Assembly: GCF_009834535.1 (NCBI RefSeq) | Contig: NC_045712.1 | Span: 4,278,001 to 4,342,000, forward strand | Direction of reading: 5' to 3' | Length of the DNA stretch: 64,000 bases | Source of the DNA: Camelus ferus | Taxonomy: Eukaryota | In this document: one piece after another, positions 1 to 11,780 of the stretch | Position numbering within the stretch: position 1 is the first letter of the stretch | Layout of the letters: each line of letters begins with the position of its first letter | Position numbers and translations under genes: made by a program | The notes under the pieces: model-generated | What the model saw: only the letters and a program-made list of their open reading frames with translations | Database searches by the model: none | Told to the model about the DNA's origin: nothing

Positions 1-105
1 CAATACCTACTTCATAGAGTGATTGCAGAATTAAATTAGATAATGCATGCAGATCACTGGTACATAGTACAGCTTTACAGATGGAAGGTAACAATTATTA
101 TTATT
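1..105 (+). mobile_element. MIR SINE 3' fragment
   Basis: aatacctacttcatagagtgattgcagaattaaattagataatgcatg matches the MIR tail. Confidence 0.7.
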
Positions 106-2794
106 ATAATAAATCATAAACAATTTTTATAAAAGTTTGTCAGGGGTTTTAAATGGTCTGGTTTTTAATGACATGGCTCAGAGTTTGCCATTTTCTTTGC
201 CCCATTCCAGACAGTGAGACATAAGAATTAGTTTTTAAAAAATAAGCTATCTTGTTCATTTTTTCCCAATGATTTATTATGAAATATTTCAAATTTCAGT
301 GAGGTTGAACTTTACTGTGAACATCATTTGGCCACAAGCTATCCATCTGCCTTGTAGTTTATAAGTATTTTAACATGTATCTGGAATTGGGAGTTTCATT
401 CTAGTTCAAGGAAGAGCTAAGCCTTGCAACTTAGAAAAGTCAATGGCAAAATTGCCTGGCCTAGTCCAGGCTGAAGAGTGCTGTGGCAGAACCACGGAAG
501 GTCATTTGTTAAGTGTGGGAGCTTTCTGGGTTAAACCAAGCCGAGATCCACTGGAAGAGGAACTTCTAGCTGTGTGGGTGCAGAGAGGAGTAAGGGTTAC
601 TTGCACACACATTAGAATAACACCGTAGTTATTTATCTCCAGGGGAAATATCGCATAACTGAACACTAGAAGGCAAATCACAATCACTTTGAAGAATGAG
701 AGGCAGCAGTCAGTCAACTTTATTTTTAAAAGAAGCATCTTCTCCTAGGTGTTCTCAGCTCCTGGTTACTCTATTCCTGATTACAGTTACTGCTGACTCC
801 AAGTGGACATGCTACTTAACCTTTTTAATTCGGGTCCAGTCCTAAGCAATCCCTGCCTCTTCCTGTTTTCTGAAATAGGCTCACATTTTACTCTGTTGCT
901 GTATCTAAATCTGTATCTATGCATATGTATTTATACATATGTTTTACTATCTGTCTAGACAAACCCACACAGTTGTTGAGTTTTTTTGTTTGTTTGTTTT
1001 AATTAAATACTAAGGGAGAAAATGAAGGAAGGAAAGAACTTGTTGTAATAAAATAGTTGCGTTAGTAAATACGACTATTGATCCTGTAATAGTTATCAAA
1101 CACCCAGATAAATCTCAGGCAATTCCACACTAAATTTCCTGAAACAATTACTCTCCCAGATCAAAAGCCCAGTATGTTTTACTGACACCCTTTGGGCTTT
1201 CCTCCATCTTCATTTCTTTCCTGTTCGCCATAAGAGCCACTTTTTTTTTTCCCCTCCTAATGATGGTCAAAATTGTTTAAAGGACATACATCTTTTTTGG
1301 ACATGTTAGAGGACTATCTTTTTAGAAGATACCACTCACAGATTTTCTTCACTTTTCTATCCAGATTAAAATTTAGCAAATTTCTAACATCGGCAGAGAA
1401 CAAGTGCAATGATGAGTTATATTTCACCACTTATGTAATTCATTTCATATCCTTTTGGCAATTCTGTGACATTTTTCTGGGCCTGCAAATGTTTCTCTTG
1501 GAAGTTGATGGTGAGTGGCACACCAGACCCTATGCAGTCACAAATTATTTGTTCTTTCTCTTAACAACTTCAAAAGACCACTTTTTGCATCTGTCACACA
1601 TAGTACCCTTTAGCTGAGTGTGGGTTTCTTGGAACCATTAGAATTTGTACAGAAATTGAAGTGGTATTTCAAATTCTATACAATAGTAGCTTTCTTTTTA
1701 ACATGTCCTAAATCTCTTGTCTCCACCCCAATACATGGATAGTATGGGATCAGTTTAGGCTTGTTGAGTGGATAAATGTGTGAGTGTTAAAATACCTTCA
1801 GTATGACCATTGTAAATCCATAAAGAGAAATTTCGGATATGGTTCACTGGAGGCTTATTCTATCACCAGTCAAAAGGAGGCTATTTACTCAAATGAGAAA
1901 AGAAGCTATTTTGGACAACCTAGATTTCTTTATTCTCCTTACTTTCATCTTCTCTGCTCCCCCAACCTTCTTTTTTCTGATATATGGTCAATATACCTAG
2001 AGCTTGCTACCTCCTTGATGATTTTGTAGAACTCCATCTCCCTCCTGGATCATATAGCAGCTTCCCACTCAAGTGTTTTCCTACCCTCCACAACTCCGTA
2101 AGTAATACCTGTGTTCCTTGTTCCTTTGAGCCTTTCACATTGCCTTACAAGTGTTAACAGCATTATCTCCACCTTAGTCTTGCATTTGAAAGTGAAAAAA
2201 CAATACTTGCTGTCATCCCCAGACACATGATGAACTCTGGGTAAGCAGCAGCCACTTTGTACCCAAAACATGATAAACCTATAATAGTCTCATTGGTCCT
2301 TTCCTCTGACCTTAATTTTCATCGATTTTTCTCTTGCTTTTTCAAATACCTGAAGGACTTCAAATTGTCTTGAAGATAAGGAGCATGATCTGGACATGAA
2401 GGCTTCTCTTTTCACTTTTTTATCTTTGATCTTTTTCTGAGCCTCACTGAATATCCTGATTTACAATTAAGTGGATTGGAGGAGATTGTCACTATTTTCT
2501 ACATTGCAAAGTCAAACTTGATGGTGAGCACAGACCCGTTCTGCATGGACTTAGTAGAACAACAGAGGCACAGTTATGTATTTTCTACCCTTTTAAGTGC
2601 TTTGTATCCTTATCTCCGGTAAATTTTAGTGTTCTACTGCTGTTAGGCTGAGATAAGAAGCAAAAATTGGCCAAAAATAAAAATTTAGTCAAATTAGACC
2701 AGAGGAGTTGGTTAAATGTACTCCTTCAACCCCATTTTCATGGTGTTGAATAAATATTGATGATTGGTTAACAGTTACTGAATGAATTTCTTAT

Positions 2795-3230
2795 ATTAGT
2801 TATTTCATTTGTTTCAAGGTACAGAAGACCTAACTTGAATTGGCTTACATTATATAACTGAAAGGTCCAGAGATAGGTCTAGCTTCTGGTTAGTCTTGAC
2901 AAAGAAGTCCCAGATATGTACCTGGTATGCAACATTTCTCCTTCTCTTAATCTGGCTTGAAACAGTTTTTTCCCCTCCTGGTTGTAGGATGATTTCCAGT
3001 AACTTGCTACATCTATATAGTTACAGGTTTAAATCCTGAGAAAATCCCTAATACTTATCCTATGACCAGTTTAGGTCATGCACCTAGCCTGGGACCAATA
3101 ACTATGGCTTAGAGAATGGGACACAAGGTGGCTTACAAACCAGAGTCACATGCTCTATCCTTGGAGTTTAGGCTAGGTAAACCCAGGTGGATTGAAATTG
3201 GGTGAAGATGGGAGAAAATGAACAAGAAAC
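2795..3230 (-). mobile_element. Old ERVL-MaLR LTR (MLT1K/L or LTR33-like)
   Basis: attag…cctaacttgaattggctta…taactgaaaggtccagagataggtctagcttc, followed by ggaccaataactatggc…gtcacatgctc. Confidence 0.45.
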
Positions 3231-3399
3231 CTTCGTAACACTATTTACTATATTTTAAAATTCAAAATAATCTTTACTTTTAAATTTAACATAAGTTAAA
3301 AAGAGATAAATTTCATCAGAGAGATTAAGAACATATGCAGTGGAGACTTGGAAGGGGAAAGTTGAGAGGAAAATGAGATCAATGAAAGTTTCAAGGGAA

Positions 3400-3860
3400 T
3401 AGCATTTCTATGGCCTTGAATGGATTTCTATGTTGAAGAATATACAGCAAAGTTGGGAAAAGCAGAAAACAGCTTAGGCTTAATCACGGAGTAAATGGGA
3501 CACCACATATAGGAATGTAAGGCAAGGCATTCTAGGCAGAGGGAACAGCATGAACAGAAGCATGAAAGGTGACAGCACAGTGAATTTCAGAAAGCCTTGG
3601 CGTTACAACTCCCATTTAAGCATGTAAAATGAAGGTGGGTTAGTTAGAGATAAGCTTGCAAAGGTCCCTTAAGACTAAGTTATATGAGTCTTGGTAGCTC
3701 TGGATAAGGGGAGCTTAACCTAGTCTGTAGGCAGGAGGAATCACTGAAGCTCTTCAGTCACTGAAGAATAACATGATCAGAGATGTCAGTAAGACTAATC
3801 TAAAAGTAGAACATAATAGGTTAGAAGAGGAGACAAACCAGATAACAAATAAGAAATCAG
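3400..3860 (-). mobile_element. L2 LINE fragment
   Basis: ggcattctaggcagagggaacagcatg and gaatcactgaag…gaataacatgatcaga are typical L2 3' region motifs. Confidence 0.6.
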
Positions 3861-4229
3861 GTAAGAATTAAAGAGAGCATAAGAGGATTATTTAGTATTT
3901 TTTTCATAGCCACTTATACATTTTGGAGACAGAGTGTGCCAAAAAGTATTACAGTGTGGAGATGTGAAGCTGTAATCACTGCTGCATGTGTATTAGGATA
4001 GATCTGAGTTTAATTAATTTGGGAACAACCTGGTAATGTGGCTGTTTTGGGGAAATGATCCTCTTTGTTCTGTTTGGGTCAAGATCAGTGGTTCTTGGCA
4101 TTGGCACCTTATAATGAAGGAGAAAGAGTTCCAGGTGATTTTTTTTGAAAAATGATTAGTGTGAGGTGAGGCTCCAGGTAAGTGTATTCTTAAGGTGGGC
4201 TCAGGTAGAGTTAACGTGCAGTTAGGGTT

Positions 4230-4955
4230 GAGAATCACTGATCTAGTGGGAAGAACATTTAACTGATCGCTTAGTGACTTTAATTCTAGTCTGGGCTCTG
4301 TCTAAATTTGCTATAACCATGCATGAGACATTTAACATGTTTCTCCATTGACCAAAAGTAATATGTAGAGACATGCTACATAAAGCAACTTCTTGATATT
4401 GTTGGGGGACAAAAGACCAATTTTAGTTTCTCTGCTTACTAGTCCTGTGACCTTGGATAGATTAATCAGCCTTTTTGAGTCACACAGAAAGATTTAGGAA
4501 ATGGCTATAAGCTCACACAACAAATGCAAAGTGGAGCTGGAAGTTGAATTGAGGTCTGCCAGAAATGCCTGTACACTCCAGCTTTCTTCAGAGAAGGAGA
4601 AAGTAAAGGTAGACTAGGTAGACACTTAGGCTAGTTATTTTACTGCTGAGCCTCAGTTTGCTTATGTGCACAATGGTGAAGTTTTGCTGCATGACCTCAT
4701 CTAGATTTAATGCAGCAGAAGTAAGCGATCTTTGACTGCTTAGTATTTATAGGACACTGTGCAATGTGTGAAGCATGTATAAAGTTGCATCATTCTCAGA
4801 CAACTTAGGAGCTTGGTGTTTATTATTGTCTCCATTTTAAACATAGGAAACAGTGGTCAAAAAAGTCACCTAAGTTCACAGAGCATGTAAGTACAGGTTT
4901 TGAAGCCAGGTGATCTGTCTCCAGAAACCTCACCTTTAACTGCTACCCTATATTT
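4230..4955. mobile_element. Cluster of MIR fragments in both orientations
   Basis: gtcctgtgaccttggatag, ctgagcctcagtttgcttatgtgcacaatgg (+) and attattgtctccattttaaacataggaaac…aagttcacagag (-). Confidence 0.7.
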
Positions 4956-7900
4956 TTACTGCTTCGGCTGTCACTTATGCTGGATCAGCTGAAGTCCATT
5001 TGAACTGGGAAATGGCATTAAGAAAATGTGCTTTTGAAGTGAAATGCTACTGTAGGCAACAAATGCCTCATGAAATAACCCAACACATACTGGCTCCTGA
5101 CATGACAGAATTTCAGATCATTTTACAAAGTAGCCTATTTCCTCTTCCTGGAAGGCTGCCTCTCACTTTAAGGGGTCATGGAATCAGAGTTTAAACCAAT
5201 ATTAACAGAAGTGTGTAAAGAACAGTAAATCTGCCTCCTGTGCACACATATCACATGAAAAGCTAGTATGCAATGGCAATCTCATAAAAACATTATTAGA
5301 AGACACAACATCACTATGAAGTATAGTGAGATTAATGGATGAACAGTAAATCTGACAGATTTTGAGTGAGGAGAATTTGGATTTAATGTAATTTAGAATT
5401 TGCCTACATAGAACCAGAGTCCCTCTGAAAAATTACACTGATGTTAAATGAAGTTGATTCTCCTCTTCTCTTTAAAAGGGTCGATCAGAACGTTCCATAG
5501 GGAAATTTTTGTTGCTTTTTTGATAGGGGAAAGAAAGTAAACAGGATGTGACAAGAATAGAAAGAATTGCTTGCTCCATCTTTATGCTGCATGGCCCCAA
5601 ATTGTCTATGGCTGTGGTGATCCTCTGGTTTTACAAAGAAAAACCAGGGGTAGAGGTCAAGACAAAGCATCTTAAAGACCTGTGTAAATTTTCTTCTCTG
5701 CTTCCTCAGTTAAAGGCAACTAACTAGGTCATTTAATGAAATGAGAGATATGAAGTAGGTGCCGTACCAAACATTACAGATTTAGAGCAGGGAATTCAAT
5801 TCTATACTGTTCTTCTAAGAACTAAGTGTTATTTATTAGCAAAATTCACGGGATGAAATATTAATCATTTAACAAGAATGGATTTGGAAATATGTTATTA
5901 TGCATGCCAAAAACACATACGAAGATGCCTTGCTAAACAGCAGGTATACCTCAGGTTCTTACTAGTTAGTGATACAGAAGAACTCTGCAGAGGTATTAAA
6001 ATTACAATTATTTTCACCTTATTCCCATCAGTTAATTATATATAAACACTAACATGAATTATACACCATCCCACTTGGAAGACAGGTACAAACACATTGA
6101 ATTTAAAAGTTTTCTAACAAAAGAAGAAAGGGATATTGATACATAATTCTTTGCAATTATAACCATTTCATGCCAGGGGTGCATAACCTATGCATCCTTA
6201 TGGCCATATAACAACTTCTTAATGTTTTGTTGGAGTTTTGTTAAGTGGAGGCAGTTCATGTGGAATTAAATCTATAATTCAGTGTTTGTTTGAATATCGT
6301 AACTGCGCAGAAAACTCCCAAACTTTATACCATAATCACTGTCAAAGGTAGATGATATTAACCTACATTTAACACATTGGGCCATACAAAATGTAAATCA
6401 GTCAGAGAAATTTTTATATACTTTGACTCCTTCTCCTGCTATCAGTGCTAGCCAAGTGCATCTCTACTGAGCAGACTTTATAGCATTTCTACTCTAATTA
6501 GGTTCTCTCAATTTCCTCACACAGTGAAATGACCTTGAAACATAGAAAGCTCTTTCATTGCTAGCTTAAAAAATGCTTTCTTGTGAGATTTCAAGTTCTT
6601 CTTAATTTCTCAACCTAACATCTCCTCAGCAAGGACATTCTTAAGAATACTCTTTGCATTGAATATGCCACAAATAAACATGTTAAACCTTTACCTAGTA
6701 AAAAGTTAGTATTTCTGAGAAAAATGTTATGTTTTTGTTGTGAACACTAGAAATTTTTGAGGAGCCAGAAGGTAGTTATTTTGTCTGATTTGATTGACCT
6801 ATCTAAATTCTCTTAAAACTGATAAGCACAAATAGGAATCAGACATATTATAAAATGTTGTTTTGAAATGAACTCTGCATTTCATTAAAACCATGATTGA
6901 GATGGTATGACTAAGTGAACCTGGACTAAGATCAACTTATTACAGATCTTTTTAGGTGGTTTTATTAATTCAAGGAAGAATACATTTATTTACTCAGAAA
7001 CATAGTACTATGCTTTGTTGTTTGAGAAACATAGCTTTAAAATTCTACATAATTGTAAATGCCAAATATCCACTTGTCTTCAAAAGAAATCCAAAATAGT
7101 TTATTGTCATGGAAGAAAATTGAAGAAAACAGTCAAATAAACCTTTTCTTTTAAAATAGATATATATATTTTGTTGTTGTTTTTGTTCCTCTGTTAAGTC
7201 AGAAGAATAAGATGAGACTCACGAATGTTGGATTTATTCATACAAAGTGTAAAGTTGTTTTCTTTTAACTTATCAAAACATAGCTGGTTGAAAGCTCATG
7301 AGGCTTTCATTTTATATGATAATACACAGATATAAGGAATCATTCTTTTAAAAAAGAACAAAGGCACCTTGTTTCCTGTCTTTTAAGAAGAGACAATGAC
7401 ATCTTGTTCCCCAAATTGGATGTATACTAAGATGAGAACCCACAGGCCCACTCTTGATCTGCTGGAACAAATCACTGTGAAAGAGTTCTAGTGCTGCTTG
7501 AAATAGGCCCTTGAATTTGGGAGACAACACATGGGAACAGAGACTAGTGTCTGCTCTTGGTCAAGAGATTCCTGAAAGCAGGAAGAATGCTGGAGTAATT
7601 CATGCCAGTAAGATATGAAAAGACCCTCTGTGTTTGGGAATGAAAAGGGAATAAGACCCACTACATCACAAATCTAAGTGATCCTTGGAAGATATGGAAG
7701 GAATACCTTAATGGCTCCAGTGATTCCATGAAAATTAGATAAGGAGCAAGATCTAGGTACAGCCCTGGTAGACCTTGGGCCAAGTTCCACCCTCATTCAA
7801 AAAGACAGGGAGAAAGTAGTTCTGTTGAGACCAGAGGAGGACATTGCAGCTCCATCCAGGACATCCTCTACAGTAGATGGAGCCAGGAAAAGCTGAACAC

Positions 7901-8370
7901 TGCCTTCCAGAGCACACACACACACCACATATACATACTCACAACCTATATCTGCAGGGGCTACCATTTCAGATGAATGCAGATCAAACTAGGAAAAAAC
8001 CTCTTTACACTGGCTAGGAGTTTCCATGCTAGTTGGCAATTCATCAGTAAAGGATGTTCAGTGCTCTTAAATACGATTTCTAGTCTAAGAAAGTAAACAT
8101 ATTCTTTAGTATCTTTTTAGGGTAATAGCATACGAGAATTACAAGAAATCTTGGAAACAATTTTACTTACATTTTTCCAGACTGTTTTATGAGAAAAAGT
8201 TTTGGGTTATGAGATGTTAGTAACTGTTTCAGAAACAAAATAGCTGTGTTTCTGTGGCCAAATCATTTCATTAAACTATTAATTAAACAAAATAAAAAGA
8301 TTTTTAAATTATTAGGTTTTTTTTTTCTTTTTTTTGCTAACATGCTAGTATGATTTGGGAATCTCCAAGA

Positions 8371-8541
8371 CAGTGCTTAAAGAGCTGTAAAATACATAGG
8401 AATCACTTAAGAATTTTGTTAAAGGGAACATTTTCTTCCAATAGTATGGAGTGGGGTCGCAGATTTCTGCATTTCCTGCATTTCTAACAGGTAATCAGGT
8501 TATGCGTATCCAATCTCTGGGAGACACTTTCTGACCACCAC
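8371..8541 (+). mobile_element. MER5A-like hAT-Charlie MITE
   Basis: cagtgctt…gaatcactta…ggagtgggg…ctgcatttctaacagg…gacacttt…accac. Confidence 0.65.
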
Positions 8542-9665
8542 GTTTCAGAGGGGTATGAAGGAAATGGTTATCTATTAATCATCATTTCTCAAATTAATTT
8601 TAGTACAAAACTTCTTACTACTACCTCGGTGAACATTAATGTTCCCTAGTACACAATCTGGGAAATATCCAGAAGTCTAATCTCCTGGTTAAAGCGGTGG
8701 CTAGTAAATCTCTTTTGTACCATTTATAGTGCAATGCTAAGTTTTGGTTTAATTCCTGTGAACATATTTGAATTCCAAATTTGTAGAATCTGAATGAATG
8801 AAGTGGTCTGTACAATTCTCTGAAGACAGGTCAATGAGAAAAAGCATAAGGTTAAAATGAAAAATTTGTATTTTAGTTTTGAAAGTGGGTGTTCTATTTT
8901 TTATCAACTAAGAAAGAGTTAATAGAGGGCTGTAGAGGACTTGTTCTTTTCTCTGATGGAAAATAAATAACTAGTATTCCTCAGGGCAGAAACTAAACTC
9001 TGAGGAGAAAGAAAGGACACACTCCTACTTCCTCATCTATGTAGGCATTCTGATTGATCCTTGGGGATTTCGCTTCATCTCAGCAACTTTAATTGGCCTC
9101 ACTCAGAAAGTCTCTTCTTCTCACCTGGAAGAGAAGTGAGATCCCAAAAAAGAGAGAAAAAAATTTAAAAAGGAGAAGGAAACATTTTTAAAAGGAGATT
9201 GAGAGAGACAAAGAGGAAGGAGATTGTCCTTTTTCTTAGGGGATGTGTATTGCTTCCTAGTTCCCCATGATTACCCAAAGATCCAAGGCCCAACCTCTTT
9301 CATAAAAATTCAGGTGTGATAAGAACAAAAAAGGTCGGGGTAGGGTGGATGAGGGTTGTATATTTGACCTTGTTTAAGGATGGGTACTGTGTTTTGCATT
9401 TTATGGTTTTAGCATCTACATCAAAGAATTCCTCTGCTCTTTACTATCAGGTAGAGCATTGCAGGTGCCTTAGGTTCTAAGTCAAAATCACTGGGTCTCA
9501 TTGACTTTTCATTTGTTATTTTAACTCTAAAAGGGCAAGAAAGATAAAAATAAACGTTCAAGAGAAGTGATCAACTCACTATTCTAGACCATGTCAGATT
9601 GCTCAGTAAATTTCTTGCATAATACAAATAAATGTGATTATTCATGAAAAGTTTATTGTCTAAAG

Positions 9666-9840
9666 CAGTGATTCTCAGTTTTGCCTGAAGAGTTGAATCA
9701 TGTGAGGAGATTTGAAAGTTCATGATGTTTGGTCCATGACAAAGACTTACTGAATCAGAATCTCTGAGTGTGGATCCCAGGCATCAGTGCTTTTTAAGTC
9801 CCCTCAGAAGATGTCAATGTGCAGTCAAGGAGACCCATTG
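9666..9840 (-). mobile_element. MER5A/B-like hAT-Charlie MITE
   Basis: Termini cagtgattctca…cccattg, with internal gacttactgaatcagaatctctg and ggatcccaggcatcagtgcttttt. Confidence 0.75.
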
Positions 9841-9884
9841 GTAAAGAGAGGTAAAATTGTATCAACAGTTAAATCAGATACATA

Positions 9885-10055
9885 ACGATAGCGTTAGGCA
9901 CTGTGCTAATAAGCACTTCACGTGAATTATTCAATTTAATCATTCAAAAGAAGCTTATAAGATAAATATTTATTATTATCTCCATTTTAGAGACTACAAA
10001 ACAGGCTGTAAAAGGTTAAAGAATCCATCTAAGTTTACACATTTAGAGACCTGGT
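9885..10055 (-). mobile_element. MIR SINE
   Basis: taggcactgtgctaataagcacttcac…ttattatctccattttagag. Confidence 0.7.
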
Positions 10056-11611
10056 CTTGTCTCTCAACGCTGCATAGTTCATGGGGGCCATTAATTTCAA
10101 ACAACAATTTGGAGGATGATATACGATAATCATCTTGATCTCCCTCGGTGTGTCTCTAATTAAGCGTGATACCTCTGTCTTCACATTTCAACTTAACAGT
10201 TATGCATTTAGATCACAAATCCTTCTAAAATCTCTGATTTTCCTGAAATTCAGTGTCTTATGAGAAGCCTTCAAATACCACTATAACATTGGTCAATGTC
10301 CAAAGATTCTAGACGAAAAATTAAGTCTTCTCAAGTGACATTTTAACTGTAATGGTGCCAGGTTTGTAGGATCTTAAAGTTAGTTCAGGTCACTGATGAT
10401 CTTACCATCTTTCTTCTCCCCAACCCTATGCATTAAATACTTTCTTTAGACTTTGTACAATGTTAAATGAATTTCTTTAGCGTAATGATGATTTGAGAGG
10501 AATTCTAGAAGATCGATGTGAACCAACAAAATTGCATCTCCAGTGCTAGCTGGTTGCCCTGAAAATGATGAGCACCAGAGATGAATCTCATATGAGATCC
10601 TGAAATGTTGGAGTATTTGAAATACTGTGAAATTTTCAGTTTCTATGCTATTTCTATGATTAAAGAAAAACCATACTACATTTCCAGGATGTTACAGTGT
10701 AAATGGCCTCTTCTAAAACTGAGCAATTTTAGCCTTTGGCTGTCCACCCTAGTGTCCTCCAATGTTCTGTGTACATTTTAAAGTACACCTTTTCTAGTTA
10801 GTTTGGTCATCATTGAGGTTAACTGACTTCTGTTCTAAAACCCTCAATAAATTTCAGCCACCCTTCTATTTAAACACTTTAAAAAGAGAGAGATTTCAGA
10901 AGTGGAGACATTGAGCCAGTGATAGTTTCTCCTGCTGTTTAACTTGTGTTAATATTACCTAAGCTCTAGGGCAGCAGCAGTAGTCAGCATGGCAGCTAAT
11001 CACCTGATTTTAATTTATGCACCTGTTTATTCACCAATTCCATGGTGATGTAGAGGGGGAAGTAAGATATGGTGAATAGAAATGTGCCAGCAGTAAATTT
11101 TCCCTTTTGGCTTACTCTACTGTTTTTCTTTCCTGCTGTTAGCTACTTTCATTATCAGCCTGGATTTCAGGCCGTCCTACTTAGCAGGTATTCACTTAAC
11201 ATTTGGCCCTTTGCTTGATTCATAGTTGGCCAGGGGGCTCAATTGTGGGAAATAATGACCGAGACATGAATCAAAGTTGTTTTTCAGCTACTTGAAACAA
11301 ACTCCCAAGTATGCTACCTGCTGAAATATTCTGACTTTGAGAATAGGGATTCTTTGCCACTACATTGCACACCTTCTGCCATAGGGTTCTGCTGAGTGTC
11401 CCAAACTGTTTTCTGGGGATGACTAGTGGCTGTTGAGAGAAGAGAAAGGGAGTGGATTAATCCCACAATCAAGTAATGGATGAATAACTGAAATTCTGGC
11501 AAATTTCCTAAGGTTTCTGGGAGTGTGAAAGCAAACCTGCAGGTCCACCTGGGCAGCATTTCCCACAGTCCTGGACTGCAGGTTAGCCAGAGACCTGCCA
11601 GGAACATCCAC

Positions 11612-11780
11612 AATGCCAGCTTCATGAATGTATGTGATGTGTGCAGTTGTATGGAACCCACTCTTAGAAGGGCCCTGCATTTGGTTTAGTGTCCTGAAAT
11701 AAGTGGAATTCTTACTAATTTTTGAACAAGAGGCCTCAACTCTTCAGTTTGCACTGGGCTCCATAAGTGATACAGCTGAA
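11612..11780 (+). mobile_element. MER91B-like hAT-Tip100 MITE
   Basis: gccagcttcatg…gtgcagt…cttagaagggccctgcatttggttta…gaattcttactaatttttgaacaag…tttgcactgggctcc. Confidence 0.75.
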